Of a DNA stretch of 64,000 nucleotides, positions 27,352 to 36,602 are shown one piece after another. This stretch comes from an uncultured Gammaproteobacteria bacterium. Lineage in GTDB: Bacteria > Patescibacteriota > Patescibacteriia > UBA9934. The notes below the pieces were generated by a model. It did no database searches, was not told the DNA's origin, and saw only the letters and a program-made list of their open reading frames with translations. The stretch is taken from NCBI GenBank assembly GCA_964401485.1, contig CAYNYL010000006.1, positions 4,208 to 68,207 of the forward strand, written 5' to 3'. Made by a program: the position numbers and the translations under genes. Numbering within the stretch: position 1 is the stretch's first letter; each line of letters begins with the position of its first letter.

Positions 27352-28920
27352 CTATTTGAGTGATGTGCGCTTCTTCATCATCGTTCGATCGACCATGATG
27401 TCGGAGCTCGCCTCGATATCCTCACCTTGTCCAAAACGGTTGAAGAAGGTTGGCTCAATATCGATTACGTAGTCAGCCCAGTCGTTACCGTACATCGCCT
27501 TCGCGATGTTTTCCGTAAGAATGTGGCGGAGGACTGGGGTAATCCCGTCTTGTCCTTCCGTAAGAGCATAGACGTAAGGAACTGATTGAATCTTTACGAG
27601 AACAACACCAGCCTTTGGAAGCATCGATCCTTCAAGTGGGAATTTCGCAAGATCCTCGTCATTCAAGGTAACGACGTGATCGAAGGTGGAGTGCCAGGTA
27701 AAGTAGGTCTTTGCATCAAGGAACACTCTTCGTCCAAAATCGTTCGTGATATAGTAGACCGCTGACGAATTTCGCGACTTAACAACGTCACCCGGTTCAA
27801 TTCCACTAACAGGCGACTCGCCAACAACCTCTTCCTCATCTGGCATATCTTCATCGGTAACGACCGTGAATGTAGCAGAATCTGTTGCGAGTGTTGATGC
27901 GAGATCCGTGAGGGACGCGGTGATAGTGATTGAGTCTGCACCAATTGTCGAAGGAACATTCCAGGTGAATTCACCATCGTTTTTGGTATTTGTCGCAATC
28001 ATCTTTGTTACACCGTTTTCCGTGTAGGAAAGGCTTACATATTGCGCAGAACCCATCGTCGTCCACTCAAGCTCAATCGGTTGACCTGGAAATACTTCCG
28101 GCGAAACTCCCGCGATCAAATCAATCGCGTTGATTGGAGCTGGCTGCGTATCAAGCGAGGCGGCTGAGCAGGAGCTAACAATGAAGCTATAATCCGCGTA
28201 TGTCACCAAACTTATAACGGATCCAGCGTCAGCGTCAATCGTTGATTCATCAAGTGCGATTGTGTAGGTCGTTCCGCAAAGCATTGGCGACGAAGAGGCA
28301 AGCGTAACCGTTGTATCACCCGTTCCGCTCCATGTTTCGGTGAAGGTTCCTGGATCAGGGGTAATCGTGAATTCGGTATCTTCAACAAAGGAGGCATCCA
28401 TCGGCTCCGAGAAGTTGAAAACAAGTGAGGCGAATTTTGACGCGCCGCTTGAACCACTAGCCGGAGAGGTGCTCGTAATAACTGGCGCCGCAGCATCGGT
28501 CGCAGCTTGCGAGGCCTTTGCTGACATCGCCCCTTCAGTAAGGGTAACCGAACCGGCCGTGCCCGCGTTTGCGTAAGAAATAACAGGATTCGTCGCTCCT
28601 CCAGTCACGTTTGCGGTTGTCGTAACGGTAATATCAAGGTATTGATCGCTACCCGTGCAGGTAAGGGCTGTAACTGCCGTTACACCAATCGATCCAGCCG
28701 TGTTCACCGTCCAATCACCCGCTTCATACGTACACGCAGTCACATTCTCATCTCCACCCATATCCCATCGAATCGTCTCGACGGTTCCGTTCGTATTGTT
28801 GTCGCGATACGTTGCCAAGTTAATATCGTCTGCCGCAAGCGACTGTCCAGCAAAAAGGAAGAGGCTTGCAAAAAGTGCGAACGATGAAACGATCGCTCCT
28901 TTTACTACATAGTTTGTCAT
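27352..28920 (-). CDS. Secreted Thr/Ser-rich hypothetical protein carrying the same C-terminal conserved domain as the S8 peptidase. True start MTNYVV at 28920.
   Basis: Signal peptide SSFALFASLFLFAGQSLAA. C-terminal SSAVYYITNDFGRRVF...VLVKIQSVPYVYAL...DWADYVIDIEP...MKKRTSLK aligns residue by residue with the S8 C-terminus. Confidence 0.6.
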   Translation of the reverse strand: MTNYVVKGAIVSSFALFASLFLFAGQSLAADDINLATYRDNNTNGTVETIRWDMGGDENVTACTYEAGDWTVNTAGSIGVTAVTALTCTGSDQYLDITVTTTANVTGGATNPVISYANAGTAGSVTLTEGAMSAKASQAATDAAAPVITSTSPASGSSGASKFASLVFNFSEPMDASFVEDTEFTITPDPGTFTETWSGTGDTTVTLASSSPMLCGTTYTIALDESTIDADAGSVISLVTYADYSFIVSSCSAASLDTQPAPINAIDLIAGVSPEVFPGQPIELEWTTMGSAQYVSLSYTENGVTKMIATNTKNDGEFTWNVPSTIGADSITITASLTDLASTLATDSATFTVVTDEDMPDEEEVVGESPVSGIEPGDVVKSRNSSAVYYITNDFGRRVFLDAKTYFTWHSTFDHVVTLNDEDLAKFPLEGSMLPKAGVVLVKIQSVPYVYALTEGQDGITPVLRHILTENIAKAMYGNDWADYVIDIEPTFFNRFGQGEDIEASSDIMVDRTMMKKRTSLK

Positions 28921-29001
28921 AGGTTCACTCATAGAATTATGCGTTAATGATACTCTTAAGGCGCTATAAAATCGAGGCCACTTGTGGAAAACATCAAACA
29001 A

Positions 29002-29030
29002 AAACCCCGCGTTTCCGCGGGGTTTTTGCG
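29002..29030 (-). terminator. Rho-independent terminator downstream of the giant surface-protein gene
   Basis: ccccgcg-tttc-cgcgggg hairpin flanked by an A-run and a T-run (also bidirectional). Confidence 0.7.
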
Positions 29031-29063
29031 CTCATGCGCTAGGCGATGAACTTGAGGCGTTCA

Positions 29064-32000
29064 TTAGAAGATGAACGAACCTCCGGTGACTGGAAGACCT
29101 TCTACGAGGTAAGCGCCCCAGTACGAATCATCGTCCGTGCTGTCGGCCCATACACTCGCCTCTCCATCATCTTGCCAGAGCAAGCTTCCTGGAATGCGGT
29201 ACATATCGTCGTCTGTATTGCTCAACGATGCGTACGCTACTGGCGTTGTACCAGCGTATCCACGAATTACCGTCAACGTGTTGCTCGAAATTCCGATAAC
29301 GAGCATGCGTTCACTTGACGAAGGCGAAGCTCCACCGTCTGCATCGGTTTCATCGTAAGCGATGATATCACCAACAGAGTAGGCAGATCCACTGTCAACA
29401 GCGATCGTTGTATCCGTGATAGCGATCGCGGATTCATTCGTCGAGTTAGCAATTTCGATCATTGAGCTTACGATATAGTCTCCAGGGATCGAAACCTGCA
29501 AGATATCATCTTGCGTGGTCGAAGCTCCTACTGCGTTCATGTAGAGCACGTAGGTTGCCGTCGTTCCCTTCGGTACAACGATTTGATCCGTGGCACCGAG
29601 GGTCAATGTTACGAATCCAGCGTCAGCCGCCGTTGTCGTACAATCTGCACCCGTCGTTGCTTGAAGTTCCCAATCGCTGTCTGAACCCTCGATTGGATCT
29701 GAGAGGTTCGAGCTCTTGTAGAGCGTGAAGTCCGTTGTATCAAGTACGGTACCAACAGCTGCGTCGGTGTCGCATTGATTCCAGTTGCTTCCAGCATTGT
29801 CAGACGTCGAGAGTTTGAAAACCAACTCTTGAAGAACAACGTCCTCGTTTGCTGCTGCCGCTACGTTGAATCGAAGCGCTTCCATTACTGCAGGAACAGC
29901 ATTTCCCGATGGGGTTGAAGCTGAAACTGAGAATGTTGGAGCCGTTTCCTTAACCGTGAAACGTGCAGCCGTCGAAACAGCTGTTCCGCTGTCATCGTTA
30001 AGTGATTCACCAGATGAAGCTCCGATAGCCTTGAAGTTGTCATCGCCCGATGTGTCCATGAAAAGACCCATTGAGACGTACTCGTTCGAGGTTGCAGATC
30101 CTCCAGCTGTTCGGTCGGTTACTGGTACGTTTACCAATACCTTTACCTTTGCAGCGTTTTCAATCGTTACTGGGATTGAAAGACCTGTGAACTTCGCTTC
30201 GTATCCGCTTGTGAATCCACCCGTTACCGGCACTGTTGCGCCGGCAGCATTGGTGTACTCAAGGGTTACCAAGTTGATGTTGTTCGTGTAGGTCGAAGCA
30301 TCTGTTCCGGTAAGCATTCCAGCCGCTTCTTCAGAAACCGTCAACGTTTGAAGAGTGAAGTCTTCTTTCGCTGCCGTGAATCGGAATGTTGAAACGTGGT
30401 TGCTTGACATTCCCGTCAAGAGGAAGTCTGGCGTTGGGGTTGATGAATCAATTCCCATTGCAAGAGTTCCAACAGAGTCAACGGTAAGAACCTTTGAGAC
30501 AGATGCAGGGGTTGTTGCACCTCCGATGTCTGCTCCGGTTGGGGTAACCGTTGTTCCGTCCTCATCTTGTGCGGTCATGTCTGAATCCGCATCAAGCGTG
30601 AATCCGAAGTATCCAGAGTTCGTGGTTGATGGGTTTGCAAGGTTACACTTGAGATCAAGTTGTACGCTCGCTCCCGCTGCCACCTTCCAGCTGAATCCAT
30701 CGTACACGAGGTTTGCACCTGAGTTCGAAGGAGAGACTGGTCCATCGATCAATGTATCACCAACGTAGATCGAGCATGAGCTGATGTAGTCAGTAACCGT
30801 AACATCCCAGTCAGCATCAGCATCACTACTGTCGTCATCCACAGAGTTTCCTGCCGTGAACGTTCCAGAAGAGGCATCGTTTGAGTAAACGTCGATCGTA
30901 AGATCTGAAACCGTAACCTGACCAGCCTCTGAAGCAACAACGTTGTACGAGTTAACGAGAACGTTGCTTGAGTTTTGCACCGTTACTGGGTTCACTGGCG
31001 TTGAAGCGAGAGAAACCGTAAGTGATGCTGACTTCGCTGTTTGCGCTTGTCCCGTGATATCGCTCGAAGGAACGATATTTGAGGTTGAAAGCGCATCTCC
31101 TCGTCCGTCTTGTACGGTAAGTCCAGAGATATCTACCGCTGCTCCGAATTCTGTTCCGGATGTAACATCGTTGTCGATGTCCGCAAGTACTTGAAGTGTC
31201 ATCGTTTCTCCGGCCGCCATTTCAAAGTCATCCGTGAAATCGATGATTTGCGCAGCGTCTTCGGCGTCAAGAGTATCTCCGGTGATATCCGCTTCGTTTG
31301 TGTCATCATCCGTCGTCACATCAAGCTCAAGAGGTCCCATAACAACCGTTCCGGTTGCCTTGTCGACAATCTTGATGTCTGTAATGTTCGCCGTATCCGA
31401 AGCACCGATGAGTCCGGTGTTGTCTCCGGTGCCTCCACCGTCTTCATCTCCATCGAATGGATCATTATCGTCGTCGTCACCGAAAACGATAACGTCGAGG
31501 TCCTGGATCGTGAGACGTTGTGTCGCGCTTACCGTGAACTCAAGAAGAACTTGGTCTTGGCTGTTTGTTCGGATGTCCGAAGCGGTTGGACCCACAAAAG
31601 CGAGGTTCAAATCTCCGCCTTGGATTGTCGAGAACGAACAGTCGCTTGACGAACTAGCACAAGTGCCATTCGTCTCAGCTCCGCTCGAATCTCCTCCATC
31701 GTATCCACCTCGGTTGATCGTCATTCCGAAACCGTAGTCTCCACCAACGATAAGGAAGTCCGTATCGTTTTCTGTGTAAACTTCGACTGTGTCCGCAGCT
31801 TCTCCACCGATGTCAGCTGAAACTTTCAAGGTCTTTCCTTGTCCTTCCGTGATGGAAAGTGGGGATGCGAGCTTGAATGAAACGAGCTTGTCTCCGATGT
31901 AGGTTCCTGTGGCAAGAAGGGTCGTATCATTCCAGAGCTTGTAGTCTGTGTGATCCGCACCATTGTCAACCTTCAAGGTGACTTCTTGTACCGAAGCGTC

Positions 32001-33299
32001 TTCGGATGATGGGGTGAGTCGGAATTGTCCGATAACCGCATCATTTTGTCCGATCGTTGGGTTCGTCATTGTACCGTTTTTCGCGATAGTGACTGATCCA
32101 ACCGTAACGGTTCCGATTGTGTGGGTGTTTCCAGAAACTGGGAACGATCCACCAACCGATCCTCCGTTCGCGTCAACATCTGATGCTGAAGCGAGCGAGA
32201 ATTGTACTTGAGCTCCAACCGTTGAGCCCGAAGCAACCTCTGCACGAAGCGTAAGCGTTCGTGTTTCATTTGCCGCAAGGTCAAGGTCAAGGCTTCCGAA
32301 TGTTACCTTTCGTGTTGAAGCGTTTACTGAACGAGCTTCGGTCAATCGCATTTCTCCCTCGTAGAGGTAGACGTTTGAAAGATTTGAAGTTAATCCAAGC
32401 GCTCCCATGGTAAGTGTCAATTGATTGACTGTTGCCGCTTCTGAACCAGCCTTTACGTTGAAGCTGAAGAGCTTAACGCCGTTCGCCGACTTTGGAAGAG
32501 TCGAAGAAGCTGGGTTTGAAGATGCAGCCATAACCGTTACTGCTCCGGTTGAGGATGTTTCGTCGCAACCTGTTTGTGAGGCGTCAACGAGTCCGCAATC
32601 ACGTGCTGTAATATCTGAACCGGATGCAAGAGCTGAATCATCGATGTTCGCTCCATCAAGGAACCAACCATCGTTCATGTAGTTTGCAGTTCGGCCAGCG
32701 CTTGAAACCATGCGCTTTTCACCATCCCATGAGAGATAGTAGCTTCCTCCGTCCATGTACATCGCACCATCGAACGCCGTAGCGGTCATGAGCGAAGCAC
32801 CGACTGAGTAATCTTCGAAGAAGACGTCTGGAACATCGTCAATGTTTGTGTTCCAGTTGCTTCCCGCGAAATCTGTTGCAACGGTTTCTGTTTCAATCCA
32901 GTGGATGTTTCCATCGGTTGAAACAGCATAGGTCTTAGGAGCCGATTGGATTTTGATCCATCGTGATCCTGGGCGATAAACGACGTTTCCTCCGAGCGGG
33001 ATAGCCGCGAGAGATGAGTCGGAAATCGTTTGTACTCCGCTGAAGGTTGTTCTCCAGGTCTTGTACGTTTTTTCATTTGGGAAGATGTAGCGCTCGCCGT
33101 CGTATCCGTAGAAGTAGACGGTTGAAAGCGATGTTCCGCGGATCAAGTCTCCTGCCGCTGCAGCGCTCGCGTCTTGAGGCAAGCTCAATCCGGCAAGGCC
33201 GAGAGAAAGGATCGTTGCTCCAGCGACGATCGCTGTAAGAACGCGCTTCCCAACTGATGTTAGGGAGTTATCCATAAGTTTATAGTGTCCTTTTTTCAA
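29064..33299 (-). CDS. Giant (1411 aa) secreted surface protein: Thr/Ser/Gly/Asp-rich with Ig-like/DUF11-like repeats and an N-terminal copy of the ~130-aa shared domain
   Basis: Signal peptide with an Ala-rich cleavage region. N-terminal STVYFYGYDGERYIF...WIKIQSAPKTYAVS... aligns with the C-terminal domains of the two downstream proteins. Low-complexity beta-rich composition typical of adhesins and S-layer-associated proteins. Confidence 0.7.
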   Translation of the reverse strand: MKKGHYKLMDNSLTSVGKRVLTAIVAGATILSLGLAGLSLPQDASAAAAGDLIRGTSLSTVYFYGYDGERYIFPNEKTYKTWRTTFSGVQTISDSSLAAIPLGGNVVYRPGSRWIKIQSAPKTYAVSTDGNIHWIETETVATDFAGSNWNTNIDDVPDVFFEDYSVGASLMTATAFDGAMYMDGGSYYLSWDGEKRMVSSAGRTANYMNDGWFLDGANIDDSALASGSDITARDCGLVDASQTGCDETSSTGAVTVMAASSNPASSTLPKSANGVKLFSFNVKAGSEAATVNQLTLTMGALGLTSNLSNVYLYEGEMRLTEARSVNASTRKVTFGSLDLDLAANETRTLTLRAEVASGSTVGAQVQFSLASASDVDANGGSVGGSFPVSGNTHTIGTVTVGSVTIAKNGTMTNPTIGQNDAVIGQFRLTPSSEDASVQEVTLKVDNGADHTDYKLWNDTTLLATGTYIGDKLVSFKLASPLSITEGQGKTLKVSADIGGEAADTVEVYTENDTDFLIVGGDYGFGMTINRGGYDGGDSSGAETNGTCASSSSDCSFSTIQGGDLNLAFVGPTASDIRTNSQDQVLLEFTVSATQRLTIQDLDVIVFGDDDDNDPFDGDEDGGGTGDNTGLIGASDTANITDIKIVDKATGTVVMGPLELDVTTDDDTNEADITGDTLDAEDAAQIIDFTDDFEMAAGETMTLQVLADIDNDVTSGTEFGAAVDISGLTVQDGRGDALSTSNIVPSSDITGQAQTAKSASLTVSLASTPVNPVTVQNSSNVLVNSYNVVASEAGQVTVSDLTIDVYSNDASSGTFTAGNSVDDDSSDADADWDVTVTDYISSCSIYVGDTLIDGPVSPSNSGANLVYDGFSWKVAAGASVQLDLKCNLANPSTTNSGYFGFTLDADSDMTAQDEDGTTVTPTGADIGGATTPASVSKVLTVDSVGTLAMGIDSSTPTPDFLLTGMSSNHVSTFRFTAAKEDFTLQTLTVSEEAAGMLTGTDASTYTNNINLVTLEYTNAAGATVPVTGGFTSGYEAKFTGLSIPVTIENAAKVKVLVNVPVTDRTAGGSATSNEYVSMGLFMDTSGDDNFKAIGASSGESLNDDSGTAVSTAARFTVKETAPTFSVSASTPSGNAVPAVMEALRFNVAAAANEDVVLQELVFKLSTSDNAGSNWNQCDTDAAVGTVLDTTDFTLYKSSNLSDPIEGSDSDWELQATTGADCTTTAADAGFVTLTLGATDQIVVPKGTTATYVLYMNAVGASTTQDDILQVSIPGDYIVSSMIEIANSTNESAIAITDTTIAVDSGSAYSVGDIIAYDETDADGGASPSSSERMLVIGISSNTLTVIRGYAGTTPVAYASLSNTDDDMYRIPGSLLWQDDGEASVWADSTDDDSYWGAYLVEGLPVTGGSFIF

Positions 33300-33420
33300 T
33301 CAAGAATGAAAGAGTAAACGGCCTGACGGCCTCGACCTTTGAAGTTTACCCGGTAATTAACATGGGGGACGCGAACGCGTTCCCTTGCAGGGGCACACTT
33401 TGCCCGCGCAAGGAAACACG

Positions 33421-34467
33421 TTACTCCACCACGGTCTCTGCATCTTCGGTCTCCGGTTCTTCCTGCGAGCTATTGGCGAAGATGATAGCATCTTCCGCCT
33501 CTGCAAGGAGAGCCTCGATTGTGAGTAAGTGCCCTTCCGCTGTCGCGAGGAGATCGAAGGCGGTTCGATAACTTGCCGTTGCGGCAAAGTCCATTGAGTC
33601 AAAGAGCGCAGTGGAAACAGAATTTACGTTGTATTCAAGTTCTCCGAGTTGCTCTTGCGTGACCGCTGGATTTTTCCCGGCAAGTGCGCGAATTCGATCG
33701 ATACGCGCGAGGTCAAATGTTTGGCGCTCCTTGATCGAAGTGAACCGGTTTTGGTAGGCCCGCTTTGCATTCTCCGTCGTCGTCACGTTTTCCTTGAGTT
33801 CTTCGTGCGCTTCGACAATGACCGCAACCGCCGTGTTTGAGGCGGACTCGGTCGCCGTCATCGCCTCCTTTCCTTCTGCCGTACCAACATTCACCTGGAT
33901 CTCCGACGAGAATGACTTCAGCTTCTCATCGACAGCGCTCGCGATCGTCGAGGCCTCACTCGTCTTTTCACTTCGCAGAATTTCGAGATCCGCCTGCGCC
34001 TGCGCGATCTGTGTCGAGAAACCTTTCATTGCGGTCTGTACCTTCGCTTTCGCCTCGTCGCTCTCCCCCGCTACCGCCGTCGCCTCGTCGAGTCGCCGTT
34101 TTGCGAACTCAGTATGAAGGATCGCCTTTTTCTCCCTCGAAGCAAGCCGGAGTTGCGCCCGCTCGGTTGCGAGCTTAACGCTATATAAGGAATCGCCCGG
34201 GAGCGAGCTCGACGCCCGAACCGTCGTTAAAGATCCTCCGAAGGCAATGACAAAAAACGCCACGACAACCGTTACCGGCATCGAGACAAATCCACGGAAA
34301 TAGAAACCCACCGTCGCAAAAACCGTTTCAAATTTAGAAACTTCTTTCTCTTCCCCGCCAATCGCCGAGAGGAGCATCGCTCGCGCTCGCGCCTTCTCAA
34401 CCAAAGAAACCGCTCCGAACTTCGGATCATCGCGACGGCTCTTCAATTGGTGAAGAAGGTCATTCAT
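33421..34467 (-). CDS. Putative anti-sigma factor: single-pass membrane protein with an extracytoplasmic coiled-coil/helical domain
   Basis: Start lies 1 nt after the ECF sigma stop. It has a cytoplasmic N-terminal segment, one TM (VTVVVAFFVIAFGGSLTTV) and a long helical C-terminal region. No family signature recognised. Confidence 0.45.
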   Translation of the reverse strand: MNDLLHQLKSRRDDPKFGAVSLVEKARARAMLLSAIGGEEKEVSKFETVFATVGFYFRGFVSMPVTVVVAFFVIAFGGSLTTVRASSSLPGDSLYSVKLATERAQLRLASREKKAILHTEFAKRRLDEATAVAGESDEAKAKVQTAMKGFSTQIAQAQADLEILRSEKTSEASTIASAVDEKLKSFSSEIQVNVGTAEGKEAMTATESASNTAVAVIVEAHEELKENVTTTENAKRAYQNRFTSIKERQTFDLARIDRIRALAGKNPAVTQEQLGELEYNVNSVSTALFDSMDFAATASYRTAFDLLATAEGHLLTIEALLAEAEDAIIFANSSQEEPETEDAETVVE

Positions 34468-34468
34468 A

Positions 34469-34999
34469 TTAGACAGACTCTTTCAGCGCTTTTTTCGCGC
34501 GTGAGAGGAGAACCCTGACATTATTTGATGTTTTTTCTAGTGCCCCCGCGATTTCCTTAATCGACATCTGATCAAGGAACCGCATCACGAGAACTTCTCT
34601 ATACTCTTCTTTCAATTTTTTCATGGCCCGCAGGAGCTCATCGCTCTCTTCGTGGATCATGACCTGCTCGACAAGGACGTCGGCACCCGAAAGCATTTCA
34701 GCCGATTCGAGCCCATCCTCACGTCTCTTACTTTGTGCCCGATAGAAATCGGCAATCAAGTTCCTCGCGATCTTATAGAAGAGCGCACCAGCGTTCTCTA
34801 CCTGACTCGACGTCGTGAACTCCCAGCCGCGAAGAAAGACTTCGCTTGTGAGTTCGTCGACATCTTCTTTTTTCGCGAGCTTGAAAAGAAGGAAGCGTCG
34901 AATGCGCTCGTAGAACAAGTCGTACAGTTCCGCATATGCTTTCGCATCTTGGAAGCGGTACACACGAAAAAGAAGAAATCGTTGACGGCGCATTGACAT
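34469..34999 (-). CDS. ECF-type sigma-70 family RNA polymerase sigma factor
   Basis: Region 2 (DVDELTSEVFLRGWEF...FYKIARNLIADFYR) and region 4 HTH (LKEEYREVLVMRFLDQMSIKEIAGALEKTSNNVRVLLSRAKKALKE). Confidence 0.8.
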   Translation of the reverse strand: MSMRRQRFLLFRVYRFQDAKAYAELYDLFYERIRRFLLFKLAKKEDVDELTSEVFLRGWEFTTSSQVENAGALFYKIARNLIADFYRAQSKRREDGLESAEMLSGADVLVEQVMIHEESDELLRAMKKLKEEYREVLVMRFLDQMSIKEIAGALEKTSNNVRVLLSRAKKALKESV

Positions 35000-35128
35000 G
35001 TAATAAGACGGAGAAATTCTAGAATCATTACAGCGACCCCTTAATGGCTCCAGTTATCCACAGTTCGCATAAACTGACAAGACTAGCTTTGACATTTTTC
35101 TCTCTTATGTCTACGCTAGAGTAGACAT

Positions 35129-35413
35129 ATGGAACAAACACAACCGATCCGTCTCTCCGTTTCGGAAGCCTCGCGCCTCTTTGGCGTCAGTTCTCGCACG
35201 ATCCGTCGTGCAATCGCAAATAATGAAATTGCGTACATCGTTGTGCACGGCCGTTACAAGATCCAATTCGAATCTCTCTTAAAATGGTCCCAAAGTAGTA
35301 CCACGGTTCGCAACAAACGCGACAAAAGCGGGATCGGCCAGTTTGTCGATCGCTGGAGGATTAAAAATAAGCTCTTCTCGCCAAACGCTCCGATAATCGA
35401 AGAAGAGGAATAA
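35129..35413 (+). CDS. HTH_17/excisionase-family DNA-binding protein
   Basis: LSVSEASRLFGVSSRTIRRAIANNEIAYIVVHGRYKI is a classic MerR-superfamily HTH_17 motif; 94 aa. Its stop overlaps the start of the next gene (TAATATG). Confidence 0.6.
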   Translation: MEQTQPIRLSVSEASRLFGVSSRTIRRAIANNEIAYIVVHGRYKIQFESLLKWSQSSTTVRNKRDKSGIGQFVDRWRIKNKLFSPNAPIIEEEE

Positions 35414-35414
35414 T

Positions 35415-36602
35415 ATGGACGCTCAACTTTTCGAAGCGTACAAAGCGCTTCGCGTCCCGTCGGTAGCAAAATCCGTCAGACAAGATTACAAAACGCTGAA
35501 TGAAAAAAAGGGTACGTTTCTTAAAACGCGAGAAATCCCGACGTTTACTTACGAGAAAGCGGGACGCGTGTCCGTTCAAAATTATCTAAAACGCCTCGAA
35601 CGCTTTAAACGACTCCTTGCAAATTCAACCCTTAATCCGATCGTACGAGAACTCTATGAGGAAAAAGTACGAGAACTCGAGATCAAGGGCCAACTTATTA
35701 TCGCCGTACAACAAGAGGACGACGCAAAGGTAAGTACTCTCTCTGGCGAACTACATTCCTTCCCAAAAACAAGCCTAGAAACGGTCAACGCCGAGCTCGA
35801 AGAACGGCTCCGATTTGCTGAAACCTTTCATCTTCATCGTAACCCGATAGACGCTGACCAATTTTCGAAAATGGTCGAAGTGCTTCTTGCGCGTTACGAC
35901 ATCGCCGACACAAAGATCGCCCGTACCGTCCGAAAAACAATTCGAATCTCACACACTTCAACCGACAAACAAACAATCTACATCCCGCATAAACTTAAAC
36001 TCTCAAGATCCCGCGCCCGACGCGTTCTTACACATGAAATCGAGGGTCATCTCCTTCGACGCGCGAATGCCTATACCCAACCGCTCCACCTCCTTCGAGT
36101 AGGACTTTCGGGCTATATGGCAACTGAGGAAGGAATCGCGACCTATCTCCAAAAAAAGGCCGACACACACGAGAAGCGATTCGACCCTGGATTTTGGGAT
36201 CTCTTTGCGACAGTGCTAACAAAGACAAATGATTTCAACGGCGTATTTGATGCGCTTTATTCCGCGAAACTTCGACTTCTTGAAAAGCAAGGCGTTGAAG
36301 ATGCAAAAACACACGCGGAAGATTCGGCGTGGACGCTTTGCCTTCGCGCCTACCGCGGAATTCGACACCCAAATACTCCAGGCCTCGGTTACTATCGTGA
36401 CCACCTCTACCGAGAAGGATTTTCAGAGGTACGAGAGGCAATTACGCAAAACCCTAGGATTCTTTCCGAACTCTTTATCGGAAAGGTCTCACTTCGTCAT
36501 CTTCCAAAACTAAAAGAACTCAGGCTTTCTAATTCCCGAGTTCCAAAACTGCTTGCCGGCGAGGTCGTGAAACTTATTCGTGAGCGAGAACGCCGTGCTT
36601 AA
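35415..36602 (+). CDS. DUF1704-like protein with an HExxH zincin motif (putative metallopeptidase/amidase)
   Basis: THEIEGHLLRRANAY (HEIEGH) and TEEGIATYLQ (QEGLA-like motif). Confidence 0.55.
   Translation: MDAQLFEAYKALRVPSVAKSVRQDYKTLNEKKGTFLKTREIPTFTYEKAGRVSVQNYLKRLERFKRLLANSTLNPIVRELYEEKVRELEIKGQLIIAVQQEDDAKVSTLSGELHSFPKTSLETVNAELEERLRFAETFHLHRNPIDADQFSKMVEVLLARYDIADTKIARTVRKTIRISHTSTDKQTIYIPHKLKLSRSRARRVLTHEIEGHLLRRANAYTQPLHLLRVGLSGYMATEEGIATYLQKKADTHEKRFDPGFWDLFATVLTKTNDFNGVFDALYSAKLRLLEKQGVEDAKTHAEDSAWTLCLRAYRGIRHPNTPGLGYYRDHLYREGFSEVREAITQNPRILSELFIGKVSLRHLPKLKELRLSNSRVPKLLAGEVVKLIRERERRA

Noticed and set aside
33365-33384. CGAACGCGTTC inside the palindrome upstream of the giant gene as a second LexA (Cheo) box
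   Set aside because: Its spacing is GAAC-N2-GTTC, not N4. It is treated instead as part of a distinct 20-bp palindrome, a possible operator of unknown regulator.
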